A stretch of 64,000 nucleotides of DNA from Octopus sinensis (GCF_006345805.1 NC_042997.1:16430001-16494000); one strand, 5' to 3'; positions 25,320-38,764 are shown, counted from the stretch's first letter. Numbers and translations are program-made. Notes: generated by a model not told the origin, from the sequence alone.

Positions 25320-25429
25320 ACACATATATACAGTGTTTCTGAACTGCTGCTCAGTCTCCTGTGATGTGTTGGTGGCTGCTGACATCTGAAGAACCAAAAC
25401 AAACCCTGCAAAACTTCTCGACACTAGAT

Positions 25430-25825
25430 GATCTTTTACTCTTTTACTTGTTTCAGTCATTTGACTGTGGCCATGCTGAAGCACCGCCTTTAGTTGAGCA
25501 AATCGACCCCAGGACTTATTCTTTTTAAGTACTTAATCTATCTGTCTCTTTTGCCAAACTGCTAAGTTATGGGGACATAAACACACCAGCATCGGTTGTC
25601 AAGCGATGTTGGGGGGACAAACACAGACACTCAAACATATACACACACACATACATACTTTATATGACGGGCTTCTTTCAGTTTCCCTCTACCAAATCTA
25701 CTGACACGGCTTTGGTCAGCCCGAGGCTATAGTAGAAGACTTGCCCAAGGTGCCATGTAGTGGGACTGAACCCGGAACCATGTGGTTCGTAAGCAAGCTA
25801 CTTACCACACAGCCACTCCTACACC
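25430..25825 (-). mobile_element. SINE family B
   Basis: Near full-length match to family B. Confidence 0.85.
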
Positions 25826-26534
25826 TATCTCATGGAGTTAAATTTTTTCACGTTACACATATATTCAGTTGTTCTGAGTGTCATACATAATGACATTTGT
25901 TACTGAAACATGAAATTAATTAATGTAGAATATAATTACCTATATCATAACTAATGAAATATTCCGCATAGTACAAGAGAAATGAGTTAAAAATTGTTTG
26001 GTATGTGTCATGGTGCCTTTATTTTTTATCTGCTTGCTTCCTCTAAGTTTAGAACCTGGCTATACCTCTGCCAGTACCCTCTGCTCCTTTCTCTCACCAC
26101 CCTTGTTTCCTCCCTACCTGGGATGCTTTCTTTACATTTACAATCTACTCTTCCCTTCTACCTGTATGGTATCCTCCAGCCTCATTGTTCTTGCAGTACT
26201 CCTTTGCATGGTGTCTTAGTCAAAAGTCTTTTACTACAGCTCTGTACTGACCAATATCTTGTGGATGAACTCGAGAGATGAAAACTGGAAGTTTGTCATA
26301 TATAATGTGTGTGTGTGTGTTTGTGTTTGTCCCCAGCCCACTAAGCCAGTTGACATCTGGTGTTGGTTTGTTTACTTCCTTGTAAGTTAGTGGTTTGGCT
26401 TAAGAGAGCACAGAATAAGCACCAAACTTTAAAAAAATAAATACTGGAATCAATTCGCAAGATTAAACATTTGAAGGTGATGCCCCAACATGGGTGCAGT
26501 CTAACGACTGGAACAAATAAAAAAAAAAATATAT

Positions 26535-26582
<48 letters not shown>

Positions 26583-26678
26583 CGGGAAGCTTTATGAAAA
26601 TAAACAAAAGACGAAGGCAGGTGGAATACAAGCAAACAATTGTATTAGTATGGCGCTCAGGAATATAAATAAAACAAG

Positions 26679-26716
26679 TCTTTTACGTTTCGAGCCTACG
26701 CTCTTCAACAGAAAGA
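26679..26716 (-). ncRNA. Minimal hammerhead-like motif with CUGUUGA core (Penelope-like fragment 26585-26780)
   Basis: Minus strand TCTTT-CTGTTGA-A-GAGC GTAG GCTC-GAA-ACGT-A-AAAGA; stems I and II are fully paired and stem III is palindromic. Confidence 0.6.
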
Positions 26717-26779
26717 TACACAGAAAAGAAACACGGAGAGAAAAAAGATGAGTGCAGAAGCTAGCGAATCAACATGGCG

Positions 26780-26810
<31 letters not shown>

Positions 26811-26814
26811 TATA

Positions 26815-27185
26815 TGGTGGGTTAAAAGTAAGTAGGCATTAAAAATTGGTAATAAAATCCATATTCCTTTTACAAATTTATTGAAACAAATGATACATGT
26901 TCTTTAAAAGTAAATCTTCATATTTCAACGTAAGCACCAGTGGCATCAACCAGTTTCCTCAAATGGCTGGGGTTAGAATGAACAACTTTCTGAAGGATGT
27001 TGTCTGGGATATCATTGAGAATCTCCCGAATCCGTGTCTCCAAGTCCTCCAGTGTGTGTAGTTTTGTCTTGTACATTTCTTTTGTGTAACTCCACAGGTA
27101 AAAATCACATGGAGTGACAGCTGGACTTCTGCGGACACAGTCTCCAGATTTTTGCTCCCACATGTAATGGGTTTCCTCAGACGCA
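26815..27185 (-). mobile_element. Tc1/mariner transposon 3' fragment (transposase C-terminus plus TIR), copy 1
   Basis: RSPAVTPCDFYLWSYTKEMYKTKLHTLEDLETRIRE...DATGAYVEI* matches the mariner 'SPDL-PCDFYLWG-LK' motif; it ends at a TA microsatellite; the 5' part is replaced by a family B SINE. Confidence 0.85.
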
Positions 27186-27461
27186 AATCGACCCCAGGAG
27201 ATATTCTTTGTAAGCCTAGTACTTATTCTATCAGTCATTTTTGCCGAACTGCTAAGTTACAGGGACGTAAACACACCAGCATTAGTTGTTAAGCGATGTT
27301 GGGGGAGACAAACACAGATACACAAACATATACACACACACACACATATATGCATATATACGATGGGCTTCTTTCAGTTTCCGTCTACCAAATCCTCTCA
27401 CAAGGCTTTGGTTGGCCCGAGTATATACTTTTTTTTTCTCTCCTTATTTCTTTCTGTGTTG

Positions 27462-27497
27462 CTTTCTGTAGAAGAGCATAGGCTCGAAACGTAAAAG
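27462..27497 (+). ncRNA. Minimal hammerhead-like motif with CUGUAGA core
   Basis: CTTT-CTGTAGA-A-GAGC ATAG GCTC-GAA-ACGT-A-AAAG. Confidence 0.6.
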
Positions 27498-28185
27498 ACT
27501 TTTTCAATTCCTGACCATTATACTAATACATCTGTTTGTTTTCTACACCACCTGTCTTTGTCTTTTGTTTTTTTTTCGTGAACTCTCCCCCTGTATATAT
27601 ATATTCTTTTACTTGTTTCAGTCATTTGACTGTGGCCATGTTGGAGCACTGCCTTTTAGTTGAAGATATCGACCCCTGGACTTATTCTTTGTAAGCCTGG
27701 TACTGTTTAAAAAAATAAATACTGGGATCAGTTTGCTTCTGCCGAACTGCTAAGTTACCAGGAGGTAAACACACCAATATCGGTTGTCAAGTGACAGACA
27801 CACACGCATAAATATATACATATATTGATGGGCTTCTTTCAGTTTCCGTCTACCAAATTCACTCGCAAGGCTTTGGTCAGCTTAAGGCTGTAGTAGAAGA
27901 CACTTGCCCAAGGTGCCACACAGTGGGACTGAACCCGGAACCATGTTGTTAGGAAGTGAGCTTCTTACCACACAGCCACTTCTGCTCCTATATCTTTTAT
28001 TCCTTTACTGGTTTCATTTATTTGACTATGGCCTTGCTGGAGCACCGCCTTTAGTCGAACGAACCGACCCAAAGAATTATTCTTCGTAAGCCTAATACTT
28101 ATCAGTCTCCTTTGCCGAACTGCTAAGTTACGGGGACGTAATACACTAACATCGGTTTACAAACGATGGTGGGAGGACAAACAAA

Positions 28186-28224
<39 letters not shown>

Positions 28225-28555
28225 CATGACGGGCTTCTACCAAATCCACTCACAAGGCTTTGATCGGCCTGAGGTTATTGTAGAAGACACTTGCCCAAGG
28301 TGCCACGCGGTGGGACTGAACCCGGAACCATGTGGTTAGGAAGCAAGCTTCTTGCCACACAGCCACTCCTGTGTCTATATGTATATATATTATATACAAA
28401 TGTATATAAATATATATAGTTATATTTGTGTGTGTGTGTGTATATATATATATTGTACATGTATAAATAAATGTATACATATATGAATGTATGTTTAACT
28501 GTATATGAGTATATATATATATATATATATATCATAAAAGTATCTATATGTATGC

Positions 28556-28604
<49 letters not shown>

Positions 28605-28657
28605 TGTATGTTTAACTGTATGAGTATATATATATCATAAAAGTATCTATATGTATG

Positions 28658-28697
<40 letters not shown>

Positions 28698-28700
<3 letters not shown>

Positions 28701-29085
28701 TGGGTTAAAAGTAAGTAGGCATTAAAAATTGGTAATAAAATCCATATTCCTTTTACAAATTTATTGAAACAAATGATACATGTTCTTTATTACGTGGGGA
28801 AATAAAAGTAAATCTTCATATTTCAACGTAAGCACCAGTGGCATCAACCAGTTTCCTCAAATGGGTGGGGTTAGAATGAACAACCTTCTGAAGGATGTTG
28901 TCTGGGATATCATTGAGAATCTCCCGAATCCGTGTCTCCAAGTCCTCCAGTGTGTGTAGTTTTGTCTTGTACATTTCTTTTGTGTAACTCCACAGGTAAA
29001 AATCACATGGAGTGACAGCTGGACTTCTGTGGACACAGTCTCCAGATTTTTGCTCCCACATGTAATGGGTTTCCTCAGACGCAAA
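28698..29085 (-). mobile_element. Tc1/mariner 3' fragment, copy 2
   Basis: Duplicate of 26815-27185. Confidence 0.85.
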
Positions 29086-29358
29086 TCGACCCCAGGAGAT
29101 ATTTTTGTAAGCCTAGTACTTATTCTATCAGTCATTTTTGCCGAACTGCTAAGTTACAGGGACGTAAACACACCAGCATTAGTTGTTAAGCGATGTTGGG
29201 GGAGACAAACACAGATACACAAACATATACACACACACACACATATATGCATATATACGATGGGCTTCTTTCAGTTTCCGTCTACCAAATCCTCTCACAA
29301 GGCTTTGGTTGGCCCGAGTATATACTTTTTTTTTCTCTCCTTATTTCTTTCTGTGTTG

Positions 29359-29394
29359 CTTTCTGTCGAAGAGCATAGGCTCGAAACGTAAAAG
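29359..29394 (+). ncRNA. Minimal hammerhead-like motif with CUGUCGA core (duplicate)
   Basis: CTTT-CTGTCGA-A-GAGC ATAG GCTC-GAA-ACGT-A-AAAG. Confidence 0.6.
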
Positions 29395-30443
29395 ACTTTT
29401 TCAATTCCTGACCATTATACTAATACATCTGTTTGTTTTCTACACCACCTGTCTTTGTCTTTTGTTTTTTTTTCGTGAACTCTCCCCCTGTATATATATA
29501 TTCTTTTACTTGTTTCAGTCATTTGACTGTGGCCATGTTGGAGCACTGCCTTTTAGTTGAAGATATCGACCCCTGGACTTATTCTTTGTAAGCCTGGTAC
29601 TGTTTAAAAAAATAAATACTGGATCAGTTTGCTTCTGCCGAACTGCTAAGTTACCAGGAGGTAAACACACCAATATCGGTTGTCAAGTGACAGACACACA
29701 CGCATAAATATATACATATATTCGATGGGCTTCTTTCAGTTTCCGTCTACCAAATTCACTCGCAAGGCTTTGGTCAGCTTAAGGCTGTAGTAGAAGACAC
29801 TTGCCCAAGGTGCCACACAGTGGGACTGAACCCGGAACCATGTTGTTAGGAAGTGAGCTTCTTACCACACAGCCACTTCTGCTCCTATATTCTTTTATTC
29901 CTTTACTGGTTTCATTTATTTGACTATGGCCTTGCTGGAGCACCGCCTTTAGTCGAACGAACCGACCCAAAGAATTATTCTTCGTAAGCCTAATACTTAT
30001 CAGTCTCCTTTGCCGAACTGCTAAGTTACGGGGACGTAATACACTAACATCGGTTTACAAACGATGGTGGGAGGATAAACAAAGCACACACACACACACA
30101 TATATATATATACATGACGGGCTTCTACCAAATCCACTCACAAGGCTTTGATCGGCCTGAGGTTATTGTAGAAGACACTTGCCCAAGGTGCCACGCGGTG
30201 GGACTGAACCCGGAACCATGTGGTTAGGAAGCAAGCTTCTTGCCACACAGCCACTCCTGTGTCTATATGTATATATATTATATACAAATGTATATAAATA
30301 TATATAGTTATATTTGTGTGTGTGTGTGTATATATATATATTGTACATGTATAAATAAATGTATACATATATGAATGTATGTTTAACTGTATATGAGTAT
30401 ATATATATATATATATATATCATAAAAGTATCTATATGTATGC

Positions 30444-30488
<45 letters not shown>

Positions 30489-30541
30489 TGTATGTTTAAC
30501 TGTATGAGTATATATATATCATAAAAGTATCTATATGTATG

Positions 30542-30583
<42 letters not shown>

Positions 30584-30638
30584 TGTATGTTTAACTATGA
30601 GTATATATATATATCATAAAAGTGTCTATATGCATGTA

Positions 30639-30669
<31 letters not shown>

Positions 30670-33153
30670 CTACAGAGAGAGAGAGAGAGAGAGGTATATG
30701 AGATTAGTTAAATCAATATCACGAATGTATTGATTAATGATATAGACGTGCACATGTATGTTGAGTGCATTACTGACAACCTTGCACTTTGGTGAACAGT
30801 ATGTAGAAAAATTATAAACAGCTACAACAATATCAACAACAACAACAATAACAGCCAGTTCTGAAAGTTGGCATTAGTTTGTAGTAGAGGCTGGATTTTC
30901 TCATCAATAATAGCCTATATTACTTAATATTTTTTTTCTATCAAGAGATATGTATAGTTTCTGTTACTGTTTTAAATATCTCGAACATCTTTCGGTTATA
31001 CATTAAATTCTTTTTTTTTTATTTAATTAATATTTCTTTTCCTGGTTTTTTTATATGCTTGATTGAAATTCGAATTTATTATGCTGAAAATTTTTAGCCT
31101 TAAAAAATATTTCTCAACATGCTGAAACTGTACGTTATATATATATATATATATATTCTGCTTTTTATAGTCTTAAAGAGTCTCTTTCTACTCTATCACT
31201 CCCTACCTCTCTCTTTCTTTGCATTCTATATGTCCTCATCACTTAATCACAAGCACGCACACGTATACAGGCGCCCGTACACAATGTCATTTAAGAACAA
31301 AACAGTGTAGCCAACATTTTCAAGATGACCGATCCGATCCAGTCCCGTCCGGCATGTCTTCTCTTGTTTAAACATGGATGATGCCTAACATCATCAGCAC
31401 GTATCTCTCTCTCTCTCAACCTAACTCCATATCTCAACTACTCGTTACATGTGTTGTTACACTCAGACACATGCTTAAAGGCATTGACAGAAACTCACAC
31501 AGAAGATAGATAGATAAAGAGAGAGAGAGAGAGAGGCAAGAGACAGACGGAGAAGTTGAAGCTCACTTCACTTATCTGTCTTGCTGGGCTATACCCACGT
31601 GTTTTCCTTATATTTACAGAAACTTAAACCTTTGTTTCTTTAAGGAGAATCCTCCTGATGTCACTCAAACGCTTACCCTCCCGTTTCCACTCTTCTCTTC
31701 TTCTTTCTCTTGTCTCGATGGTGGTGGGAGACGTCGAGAGGTGATGGTGGTGGGTAATAAGGAGGCGGAGGGGGGGATCTTCAGACGTATTTCCTTGGCT
31801 CTTGATTGTGATCGGTGGAAGTGGTTGTTCCGAGAAAAAAAAGAAAAGTATTGAATAGCACATTAGCTTTTTTTGTTTTTGTTTTGTTCTGTCTTCATAT
31901 GCTGTCGTCGTCTTCTTCAGTTGGTCGACCCCTACTCATACTCTGTCCATCTATCTTTCTATCCGTCCATTCGTTCACCACCATCACTCCTGGAGTGACC
32001 AACTGTGATTAGATTGACATGGTGACCCGGGTCAGTCGCAAGATTTCAGTTGATAGATCATTCTAAATTTAGAGAAGGAATCTTGTTTTTTATGTTTAAT
32101 AGGTAAGATAAATATATTTTCCTTGCTTTTCTTATGTTGTAATTTTTTTTCTTCGTATTTGTTTCAATTCTCCGTAGAATTGGTAAACTATTTCTTTTTA
32201 TTATTCGTTTTTTCTTTTGTATCATTTGTATTATCGTTGTTCCCATCCATGTTCAAAATGAGTGTCTTCAAATAATGTAAAGGAAGGAAAAAAAAAGAGA
32301 AAAAAAAATGAAATAATCTACAATAAAATTTTGATTTACTGATTTACATAAAAAAGTAGAAAAGGTTGATTGAATTAAGAAAAAAACGGAAATGAGAGGG
32401 TATGAAATTTATAGATGCGGTTTTAATAATGGCAAAAGTTTGTGTTCATTGATGGAGTCACGATTTATGTGAAAAAATTCATAAGGATATTTAAGGAAAA
32501 AAAATCAGACGTTCTTATAAACAAACTGTGATGCTAATGTAGATATACACACATACAAACATACACACACGCATGGCTTAGCTGGTCGAAACTTCGCAGT
32601 TACTGTCAATATTCTTTCAGAATAATAAATTTGTACTCTATAAAAGTATAGAATAAACCCTTCGGATTAATGTAAAATTGTTTTTATTTATAACAACATA
32701 AAAACAAAAATGTATATATATATAATGTGAGTGTTCCTTTTATAACAAGTCGGTAAAAAAAAAAATGCTAAAATATATGTAATTTAGAAAGACATTTCAA
32801 AGAGAAAACTAAAAAGAAAATTAAATAAAAATGACAATTATTATTATTAAATAATGCTAATGATGATTGCTTAATTGTGATAGTTATAATTTACTTCCGT
32901 GTCAGTTTCCATAAAAAAACAACAACAAAAAAACAAACTCTCCTCTCAAAATATTCTCATACAAATTCTGTGCTAAAAATGAGTTTTGCATTGTAGTCTT
33001 TCTGACTGGATAGCTTGTGGTGAACTTGTACTGAACTTTGACCTTTTATCCATGACTGCTCTTCCAAATCTTGTCTTCCTTCCTCAAACGACACACGTGC
33101 ATGTAAAACACACGACCATCTCCAAAACTATGTCCATAGCAATCACTCATGTA

Positions 33154-33186
<33 letters not shown>

Positions 33187-33823
33187 TAGTGTAATTTATA
33201 TATATATATACACACTCAATTATATACGTATATGAAGTATAATTTATATAATGTAGATAAACTGTATATTTTACACACGTATACACATAAATATGTTGTA
33301 TGATCTTAACACACACACACACAATATGATTTGCAATATAACGTGTGCGTGTAAATGTGTATATTAGAGTATTAATGTATATTTGTGTGTGTATATATAT
33401 ATGAGAGAGAGAGAGAGAGTGTGTATATGTAAGATATACATCTGTATTTGTATATATAAAATTCTATAAAATATATGTAAATATGTACAATAAGTTATAA
33501 ATATGATATATAATATATACAAATTTACGTGTCTATAAAATAGACCTATATATATAAAATATATTTACATACAATTTATGGGGTGTACGCAGGACAGCGA
33601 TAATCTAAACAATAGAATAGATACTTTATTCATTCTTAATATGTTCTGGCAGATTCGTCCGTGAATCGCAACGATCAGATGATACGTTCGAATGTGTCAA
33701 GCAGAATTATGAAGCATGGATTATATGTATAATGAAATAAGGTTAACAATATATAAAATATACAATATGTACATGTGTGCGCATATATACACAAGAAAAT
33801 AACTTGAAACCTCAGTGTGTCTG

Positions 33824-33862
<39 letters not shown>

Positions 33863-33866
<4 letters not shown>

Positions 33867-34098
33867 TAAGTAATTAAGGGTTTAGCAACGATTTGCCTCA
33901 CCACACACCGAATTTAGAAATAGCAGTCAAAAAGTTTTGGCTATTCTTTCTACTTAAAAGGGAGATCCCAGTAAAACCACAGCACTTTATTGGGATCTCC
34001 CTTTTAAGTAGAAAGAATAGCCAAAACTTTTTGACTGCTATTTCTAAATTCGGTGTGTGGTGAGGCAAATCGTTGCTAAACCCTTAATTACTTAGTAT
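33863..34098. repeat. Perfect 108-bp inverted repeat with a 20-nt spacer
   Basis: 33863-33970 is the exact reverse complement of 33991-34098; the right arm continues as single-copy element sequence to about 34200; both ends abut (TA)n. Confidence 0.95.
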
Positions 34099-34199
34099 TA
34101 CTTAAACCTTCCTTGAATGGGGGGGCTTTTACATGCCGAACTCTACTTGGTGAAATTAATGATTATTTCTAAATTAATTAATTTCACCCTTTATTATTG

Positions 34200-34233
<34 letters not shown>

Positions 34234-34613
34234 TGTGGTGTTTTCGAAGTAAAAGATGTCAAAGTGTATAGACACCTAAATACTTTGATCCGTTTTTGTG
34301 TATTGTCTTTTACTCGTGTGTGTGTGTGTGTGTTTCTGTTATTCACAAACACTCAGATAGACACGTGTGTGTATGCACAAATATAGGTATATATATATAT
34401 ATGTTTGTATGTGTTTACATCCCACGATATTTTTCTGGCCGAATGCCAAGCAGAGTTATTATCGTCATTATTCTTCTGGGGTTTCAGTCAGATAAGTTCC
34501 ATTCAACTACAGGGCTCCATTAAAATAACTACAGCCCTTTTCCTAAACATTTTTGGCCTTGAAGTCATGCTTATTTTATTTATACACACTCGCGAATTGC
34601 TTTCATTTTTCAT

Positions 34614-34646
<33 letters not shown>

Positions 34647-37600
34647 TATAATAATAATAATATATATATAATCGATTCGCTAACAACCACTGTTTTTGTA
34701 CCCGTAATGTCTAATTGCTCTAGCAAATAAAAGAAAACTTTTAGAAATTATGTCTGTAACCTTTAGAAACTATTATTACTGTGACTTATCATTATCATAT
34801 TGATGGATAGCAGGAGTGGTAGGACATCGGACTAAAGTGTATGCAGGTTCTTTCCGTTTTGTGTTCAAATCTTTCTGAGGTCGATAAAATAAAGAATGTA
34901 GCAATTAAAATACGTTGATTTAATCGGCTGATTGTTTTTTTCGTTCCAATTCTGTAGCTTCGTGTTGATGTTAATAATTATTACACCAATCTTCTGAATG
35001 GCTGTGCATCCCATTTTATATTTATAAACATATTCGTAATTGGTGGGGAGAGGGTGTGTATATTTTAGTCTGTTGATTATTTATATTCTGTTGTCATATT
35101 TGTGTTATTTCTGTCCGTGTGGTTGCAAATTGGTAGAACTATTGGCGCATTGGACAATTTTTGCCTTGTGATATTTCGATTGCACTTTGAGTTCAAATCC
35201 CATAGAGGTCAAGTTTGACCTTCTCTCTGTTCCAATTCTTTGGAACCCTGTCTGTGGATTGAAAATAAATTTCCGTTCTTCCTTTTGCACCAGCTTCGGG
35301 TGTCCTTATAATTAAAAAAAAATCACAAACGCTGCCCTTCCTTCTCTCACTCAGCTTATAAGTAAATTAATATTAAATATTTATTATTGCTTTGATGTCA
35401 ATACAAATCTGACATTTTATTTATTAATTTTTTTAGAGAAAACCGAAATGCCGCTACTTCTGTCACCCCATCTTTATGTAATCTGTCACGAAAGACTTTT
35501 TGTGGCTATAAAAACAGTAATGTTTTTTGTATATTGGCACTACACCAATTAGCTGAATGAATGAATCTCTAGTACATGACTTATACATTTTTCTCTCGAT
35601 TCTACAGGGTTTAAGTGCAAAGTCAACCTCAATTAACTGTACAGACGACCTCAATGACTATTTGAACTCTACGTGTTTTAAGGTAGAAAATATGGTTTGA
35701 AATGTTGGCACAGGGTCAGCAGTTTTTGAGGGGAGAGGCAAGTCGGGTATTCCTTCGATATAGCTCGACAAGGTCGAGACATTTCACTTTGGGTATTTCC
35801 GTGGGTTGTGGAGTATAGGATATAACGAAATTATGCCAGCAATGTCTCGTTTTAAACTTGAAGGAAAAAAAGCCTTCCATATTTGTTCTTAACTTGTTTC
35901 ATGTGTGTATGTAAAATCCGCAAATTTCCAAGCAGAAAACTGAATCGAACTGTCATTTGCTTCCACGGAAAATACCCGATGTGAAGTGTTTTGATTTTGT
36001 CGAGTTATATCGAAAGAATGCCGCAAGTCGATTACAAACAATTTCATTCCTTGACTGGTACGTATTTCGTCGATCTCGAAAGGATGAAAGGCAAAGTCAA
36101 TCTCGACGGAATTTGAACTCAGAATGTAATGAGGGACGAAAAGGCGTTAAGTATTTTGTCCAGTGTGATGATGAATATTTGAGTCCAAAACTTTTTTCGT
36201 GCGTGTGCTTATGTGTGTGCTAAAAAAATGTAAATGGACTTTATTGCTACATGCATTTTACGAGAATAGGGGAAAGGAAAAAGGGCAAGAAATTGGGAGT
36301 TGTTTTTCTTCATTTATATTTCTTTTTAGTATTCCTCCGTTTCATCCAACAGGAAATTCGATTCTTAAAAAATGTTTAAATATGTCCCCCTCTCCCCTCC
36401 CAAATTAATGTTTTAATATTTTTTAACCCACAGTTTCTTGTCTTTCTGCTTGTCCATGAGATAGTGAAAGTTATTCTCTAAGTCTTGACGATAATTATTT
36501 AGCCAACACTCAGACGAATATCTGAAAGACAAAAGTCGGTTTCGTGTGGATTTTATGGTAGAACAGAGAGAGAGAGAGAGAGAGAGCGCACGGTGAATAG
36601 ATCATGGATAAAGTCGAATGAATTGACCACAGTATGGGACTAACTGATATTTATTATATCAGTCTGGTGGTAAAGAAAAGTATAGTTGACTGCAGTGAGA
36701 TTTGAACTCATTAAAGTAAAAAAAGCAACACGAAATAAAGACATTGTATAGAGTTTCTCCAACTGTGGCACAAAGTTACACATATTGTGCATGAATGTAG
36801 TCAATTAAATATAGCCAGTATTCAATTACTTTTTTTTTTTATCATCCCCAAAGGATTAAGTAGATTACGGCGCGACATAAGCCCAGGACGTAAAATGACT
36901 CTAGTCCAGCGTTTCTCATCCATTTTTTGCCTATGCACTCCTTTTGTTCCTCTTTATTCAGGGGGCCCTCAAAGCCATGCGATGTCAAAAAAAACTCCTG
37001 TTATATTTTTATGATTAAATATTATTATTAGGAATTGTGTAAATTAAAAAAAGAAAATGTGTATTATAGAAATACAACCAGTTTATTGCAGATAAATGTT
37101 AACAGCAGACTCTTATATGGACACTCAAGGGCCATAGTGACCCCGGTTTAGAACGATTGCACCGAGTATAGCCATCCTCGGAGCGATAAAAGGCAAAGTC
37201 ATCCTCGATTGAATTTGAACCTAAATAGTAAAGAGCTGTAACTAAATACTAGATATTTTATATCTTTCTAACAATTCTGCCAACAGAGGGACAGTGGTAC
37301 CTTTTTTTATTTATTGAGCCTGAAAGGAGGCAAAGCAAAATCGATCTGGTGTTAATAAGGTCTCAGATTTTAGAGGAGTGTTGTCTATTTGAGTTTGTCG
37401 ACATAGCATTGGAAATGTTTAGAGCAAGTTCGTTTGGGAGATGTGATATGTTTATATCTCGTCGTTGGTGGAATAAAATGTTTTCCAGTCTAGATGATAG
37501 GCACTTGTTATGATATTTCTTAAAGGGATCACAACGCTTCGGATTTTAAAGAGTATCGGGAAGGGATGTTGTGAATGTCAAGCGTTTCCCTTAATGCATT

Positions 37601-38718
37601 TGGACTGACATATGAAGAAAAATAATGGTTGTATCCAGGAATCGGAAAACAGTCGTGCATACGCTCCAATTCTACTCTAACAACAGTGGTGATGTTCGTT
37701 CTATTTATCAGTTTTTTTAATATAAATAAATATAGATATGAAAATACAAATTGATAGTTAGGGTTAGTGACAATTTTGATTGTCTAGTTTTTGTCAGAAC
37801 ACGAACTTGTGCAATTAGCTTCCGTGTACATTATGTCTAAGATAGATCGCAGTTTTGCTTGGCTGATGCACGCAGACTGATACTCTCAGCTTTACCCGGA
37901 CTAAGATGATTTTAAGTGCAAGTTTTCGTCTTCTAGTTTTCTTACGTGAACTGTACTCGGTGATGGTTGAAGCAGCAGCCGTACTTCCCATACACGCATA
38001 TATATCTGAATGCACACATACTCAAACACATGTATATAAGACAGGCGCGATACATACATAACCACAAACACATTTACTCATTCATTCATATTTACAGACA
38101 TGCACAATCTTTTTTATAAATGTACATATATTTAAATACGTTCACACATATATATATACATGTACTCATCCATTCATACGAAGTTGCGTAAATTCGTGTC
38201 TCGTATATGTTTTGTATGTGAGTGTCTGCATGTAAATGTGCAGTATGTTGCCGTTGCCTTTACGAGTCTGTATATATATATATATATGTTTGAATGCATG
38301 TCTTCTTGTGTCTTCTTTCTGTTTTATAGTGCTAGTGTACGTCTTTCGTACCGAGTTTGTTTATGTATATTTACTTCTCTCCATACATATGGTTATTTGT
38401 TTTATATATGGGTGTCGATGAATGTATATATACGCGTGTACTCGTATGTTTATGTACCCTGTCAGATACATTATATATCCGTTGTTTATAATGTTGTATG
38501 CTTGTGTGTGTATGTGTGTGAGCATATCTGCTCAATTGTGTGTTTGCCAACGATAAATAACATTTTTTTTTTTTTTTTTACTTCAGGTATATGTAGCTAC
38601 GCTCGTTTCTTTTTTGCGTGAGTGAATATTGTATTCATGTGTATGCACTCATGTATGACCTTGTATATAGATACACACGTGCTTGTCTACTGCATGTGTA
38701 TGTCTGCTCTTCACTCTA

Positions 38719-38764
<46 letters not shown>

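Larger units (their letters stand above)
26815..30580. repeat. Tandem duplication of a 1883-bp unit (26815-28697, 28698-30580)
   Basis: Both units contain the mariner fragment, three family B SINE pieces, a hammerhead-bearing fragment and terminal microsatellites; about 99% identical, with a 15-bp indel near the start. Confidence 0.95.

Noticed and set aside
31742-31858. Plus frame ..FPWLLIVIGGSGCSEKK.. resembling a small-GTPase P-loop
   Set aside because: It lacks the GK(S/T) of GxxxxGK(S/T) and ends in a stop; judged coincidental.
8280-37770. TTAGGG-like motifs at about 8291, 12378 and 37758
   Set aside because: These are only one or two units inside other repeats, not telomeric arrays.
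37815-38015. Minus ORF MGSTAAASTITEYSSRKKTRRRKLALKIILVR as a Rab-like first exon
   Set aside because: The required Gly after the hydrophobic strand is missing and no downstream matching exons were found.
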